Shown in pieces: positions 60,784 to 64,000 of a DNA stretch of 64,000 bases. This stretch comes from Lysobacterales bacterium (GTDB lineage: Bacteria > Pseudomonadota > Gammaproteobacteria > Xanthomonadales > Xanthomonadaceae). Under the pieces are notes generated by a model. That model was not told where the DNA came from. It did no database searches and saw only the letters and a list, made by a program, of their open reading frames with translations. Each line of letters starts with the position of its first letter. Within the stretch, counting starts at the first letter, position 1. Location of the stretch: the NCBI GenBank assembly GCA_038241735.1, contig JBBSST010000012.1, forward strand, positions 9,098 to 73,097, in the 5' to 3' direction. The position numbers and the translations under genes are program-made.

Positions 60784-62856
60784 ATGCCGGACATGGAACA
60801 CGCGATTTCCAAGATCGTCCTGCTGGCCATCGTGCTGGCACCATTGGTCGGTGCTCTGTTGGCTGGATTGCTGGGTCGCCAGATCGGACGCAAGGGGTCG
60901 CACACCCTCACCATCGTCGGGGTCGGGGCGAGCTGCGCCTTGTCGATCTACGTGCTGTGGCAGCTGCTCGGGCAGGGCGCCGCGCCGTTCAACGAGAACG
61001 TCTACACGTTTTTCCAGGTCGGCGTTTACGACGCCCATATCGGCTTCATGGTCGACAAGCTCACGGCGATGATGATGGTGGTGGTCACCTTCGTTTCGTT
61101 CCTGGTGCATGTCTACACCGTTGGCTACATGGCCGATGACCCGGGCTACCAGCGATTCTTCAGCTACATCAGTTTGTTCACGTTCTCGATGCTGATGCTG
61201 GTGATGAGCAACAACTTCCTGCAGCTGTTCTTCGGTTGGGAAGCCGTGGGCCTGGTGTCGTACCTGCTGATCGGCTTCTGGTTCAAGAAGCCCACCGCGG
61301 TGTTCGCCAACCTCAAGGCGTTCATGGTCAACCGTGTCGGCGATTTCGGCTTCCTGCTGGGAATCGCCGGGGTGCTGTACTGGTTTGGCACGCTGGATTA
61401 CGCAACCGTCTTTGCCAATGCAAACGACAAGATCGGCGGAGGCCAGATGATCGCGATCATCGGCGAGCATCAATGGTCGGTGGCGACGGTGATCTGCCTG
61501 TGCCTGTTCGTCGGGGCGATGGGCAAATCGGCGCAGGTGCCGCTGCATGTGTGGCTGCCCGACTCGATGGAAGGGCCGACGCCGATTTCGGCGCTGATCC
61601 ATGCCGCGACCATGGTCACCGCCGGCATCTTCATGGTGGCGCGCATGTCGCCGCTGTTCGAGCTAAGCGAAACCGCGCTGAACTTCGTGCTGTTCATCGG
61701 TGCGACCACGGCCTTCTTCACCGGCCTGATCGGCATCGTGCAAAACGACATCAAGCGCGTGGTGGCGTATTCGACATTGTCGCAACTGGGCTACATGACG
61801 GTGGCATTGGGCGTGTCGGCGTATTCGGCGGCCGTGTTCCACCTGATGACCCATGCCTTCTTCAAGGCGCTGCTGTTCCTGGCGGCCGGCTCGGTGATCA
61901 TTGGCATGCACCACGAGCAGGACATGCGCAAGATGGGCGGCCTGCGCAAATACATGCCGGTGACCTACTGGACGATGCTGATCGGCACGCTGGCACTGGT
62001 GGGCACGCCGTTCTTCAGTGGCTTCTATTCCAAGGACACGATCATCGAGGCCGCGGCGCACCACGCGCACGAATCGAACAACTGGATCGCGACGTACGGC
62101 TACTGGGCGGTGTTGCTGGGCGCCTTCGTCACCGCGTTCTACAGCTTCCGCTTGCTGTATCTCACGTTCCACGGACCGGAGCGTTTCCGCAACGTCGATG
62201 CCGCGGATCACGGCCATGACGACCACGATCACGGCCATGGCGCGCATGAGCCGCACGAATCGCCGTGGGTGGTGACCCTGCCGCTGATCGTTCTGGCGAT
62301 TGCGTCGATCGGCGTGGGCTTTGTCACCATCGGGCCGATGTTGTTCGGCACTGATGTCATGGGCAACGTGAAGCAACTTCCGTTCTTCCTGGGTTCGATC
62401 GACGTGTCGGCGGCGCGCGACGTGGTCGCAGCGGTTGGCCTGGAGGCCTGGCATGGCCCGGTGGCCTTCGCCCTGCATGGATTCCTGATGCCGACGTTCT
62501 GGCTGGCGTTCTCGGGGTTTGCTCTGGCCACGCTGATGTACGTGTTCAAGCCCGGGTTGCCCGCAAAAGCGGCGAAGATCTTCGCGCTGCCGATCCGCAT
62601 CCTCGACAACAAGTACGGGATGGACGACCTGTGGATCAAGGGCTTGGCCGGCGGCAGCGTGTTGCTGGGCAAGTTGCTGCGCAAGAACGACGAAAAGGTG
62701 ATCGATGGCGCCTTCGTCAATGGAAGTGCGCGCCTGGTTGACCTGTTCGCGGGGGTGCTGCGACGTACCCAGTCCGGCTACCTGTACCACTACGCATTCG
62801 TGATGATCGTCGGCCTGATCGTGCTGCTCGCCGTCCTGATTCGCTATTGGCGCTAA
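60784..62856 (+). CDS. nuoL: NADH-quinone oxidoreductase subunit L
   Basis: WEAVGLVSYLLIGFW, PLHVWLPDSMEGPTPISALIHAATMVTAG and AYSTLSQLGYM. ATG 60784 (GTG 60781 and ATG 60793 are alternatives). Confidence 0.93.
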   Translation: MPDMEHAISKIVLLAIVLAPLVGALLAGLLGRQIGRKGSHTLTIVGVGASCALSIYVLWQLLGQGAAPFNENVYTFFQVGVYDAHIGFMVDKLTAMMMVVVTFVSFLVHVYTVGYMADDPGYQRFFSYISLFTFSMLMLVMSNNFLQLFFGWEAVGLVSYLLIGFWFKKPTAVFANLKAFMVNRVGDFGFLLGIAGVLYWFGTLDYATVFANANDKIGGGQMIAIIGEHQWSVATVICLCLFVGAMGKSAQVPLHVWLPDSMEGPTPISALIHAATMVTAGIFMVARMSPLFELSETALNFVLFIGATTAFFTGLIGIVQNDIKRVVAYSTLSQLGYMTVALGVSAYSAAVFHLMTHAFFKALLFLAAGSVIIGMHHEQDMRKMGGLRKYMPVTYWTMLIGTLALVGTPFFSGFYSKDTIIEAAAHHAHESNNWIATYGYWAVLLGAFVTAFYSFRLLYLTFHGPERFRNVDAADHGHDDHDHGHGAHEPHESPWVVTLPLIVLAIASIGVGFVTIGPMLFGTDVMGNVKQLPFFLGSIDVSAARDVVAAVGLEAWHGPVAFALHGFLMPTFWLAFSGFALATLMYVFKPGLPAKAAKIFALPIRILDNKYGMDDLWIKGLAGGSVLLGKLLRKNDEKVIDGAFVNGSARLVDLFAGVLRRTQSGYLYHYAFVMIVGLIVLLAVLIRYWR

Positions 62857-62893
62857 GCAGCGCTGTCACTGGCTCCACAACGGATAAGAACAC

Positions 62894-64000
62894 GTGTCGA
62901 ACTGGCCTCTCCTGAGTTTGTTGATCTGGCTGCCGATCCTCGGTGGCGGACTGGTGCTTGCGCTTGGCAACGGGCGTGCGAATGCAGCGCGCTGGCTGGC
63001 GCTGGCGATCGCGGTGGCGACGTTCGTGCTCAGCATCCCGCTGTTCACCGGCTTCGACCACGTCAACGCCGGGCTGCAATTCCTCGAGCGCCGCGAGTGG
63101 ATCCCGGCCTACGACATCCAGTACCACCTGGGCGCCGACGGTATCTCGGTGGCGCTGATCATCCTGACCACGATCACCACCGCGCTGGTGCTCATTGGTG
63201 CGTGGACGTCGATCGACAAGCGCGTCAGCCAGTATTACGCGACGATGCTGATCCTCGAAGGCGTGATGATCGGTGTGTTCTGCGCAGTCGATGCGATCCT
63301 GTTCTACGCGTTCTTCGAAGGCATGCTGATCCCGATGTTCATCATCATCGGCGTGTGGGGTGGGCCGCGGCGGGTGTATGCGTCGATCAAGTTCTTCCTG
63401 TACACGTTCCTCGGCTCGGTATTCATGCTGGTCGGGCTGGTGTACCTGTACATCAAGGGCGGCAGCTGGCAGTTGCCGGACCTCTACCAGTTGCCACTCA
63501 CGGCCACCGAACAGGCATGGCTGTTCTTCGCGTTCCTGATCGCCTTCGCGGTCAAGGTGCCGATGTTCCCGGTGCACACCTGGTTGCCGGATGCACACGT
63601 CGAGGCGCCGACCGGCGGTTCGGTGATCCTGGCCGCGATCATGCTGAAGATCGGTGCATACGGGTTCCTGCGTTTCAGCCTGCCGATCGTGCCCGATGCC
63701 AGCCATGAATTTGCCTGGCTGCTGATCGCGTTGTCGCTGATCGCGGTGATCTATGTCGGCCTGGTCGCGCTGGTCCAGGACGACATGAAGAAGCTGATCG
63801 CCTATTCGTCGATTGCCCACATGGGCTTCGTGACTTTGGGTATCTTCATCGCGCTGGCGCTGGTGCGTGATGTCCATAACATCGATGCGGCGCGGCTGGG
63901 CCTGCAAGGCGCCATGGTGCAGATGGTCTCGCACGGATTCATTTCCGGCGCGATGTTCTCCTGCGTCGGCGTGCTGTACGACCGCATGCACACCCGGCGC
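62894..64000 (+). CDS. nuoM: NADH-quinone oxidoreductase subunit M (5' part; runs off the right edge)
   Basis: Absent from the ORF track because no stop lies inside the window. From GTG 62894 my own translation gives VSNWPLLSLLIWLPILGG...FEGMLIPMF...VHTWLPDAHVEAPTGGSVILAAIMLK...AYSSIAHMGFV, open and in frame to position 64000. Confidence 0.9.
   Translation, partial: MSNWPLLSLLIWLPILGGGLVLALGNGRANAARWLALAIAVATFVLSIPLFTGFDHVNAGLQFLERREWIPAYDIQYHLGADGISVALIILTTITTALVLIGAWTSIDKRVSQYYATMLILEGVMIGVFCAVDAILFYAFFEGMLIPMFIIIGVWGGPRRVYASIKFFLYTFLGSVFMLVGLVYLYIKGGSWQLPDLYQLPLTATEQAWLFFAFLIAFAVKVPMFPVHTWLPDAHVEAPTGGSVILAAIMLKIGAYGFLRFSLPIVPDASHEFAWLLIALSLIAVIYVGLVALVQDDMKKLIAYSSIAHMGFVTLGIFIALALVRDVHNIDAARLGLQGAMVQMVSHGFISGAMFSCVGVLYDRMHTRR

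Overview
GC-rich chromosomal window with strong GC3 bias. It looks like a gammaproteobacterium with Xanthomonadales/Lysobacterales-type gene order (asd-fimV-truA-trpF-trpB-trpA-accD and tpiA-secG-tRNA-Leu-nuoA..M); this placement is inferred from synteny and protein sequences, with no search run. I support about 70 protein genes, one tRNA-Leu(GAG), a few intrinsic terminators and several short tandem repeats. I saw no rRNA, CRISPR array, transposase, integrase or prophage genes. Most of the window is core housekeeping: the NADH dehydrogenase I operon, tryptophan and aromatic amino acid synthesis, RNA modification enzymes, lipid genes cfa and psd, deaD, uup and selO. The stand-out locus is 4036-5170. 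It holds a stand-alone tetrapyrrole-methylase-fold enzyme of the OphMA/SonM (peptide backbone alpha-N-methyltransferase) type, followed by a 98-aa ORF with a leader-core-follower layout. I read this as a split borosin RiPP pair, embedded in a tight HD-GNAT-MT-precursor-GGDEF gene string. Secondary observations: two short ORFs that bridge neighbouring genes with ATGA overlaps at both ends (nuoF/nuoG and accD/glmM); unannotated sub-60-aa ORFs (a 58-aa membrane peptide coupled to trhO, and a 33-aa Lys-rich peptide with a strong SD and terminator); an (A/V)xKK-repeat histone-H1-like protein; a yaeQ plus two paralogous HI0933-type flavoprotein operon; a membrane-protein/wHTH/M23-peptidase operon; many short perfect tandem duplications; and a 477-bp repeat-bearing non-coding spacer upstream of tpiA. 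All family assignments rest on motifs read by eye and recalled homologue sequences. Several start codons are best guesses; alternatives are noted. Many long ORFs antisense to real genes are treated as GC-driven shadow ORFs.
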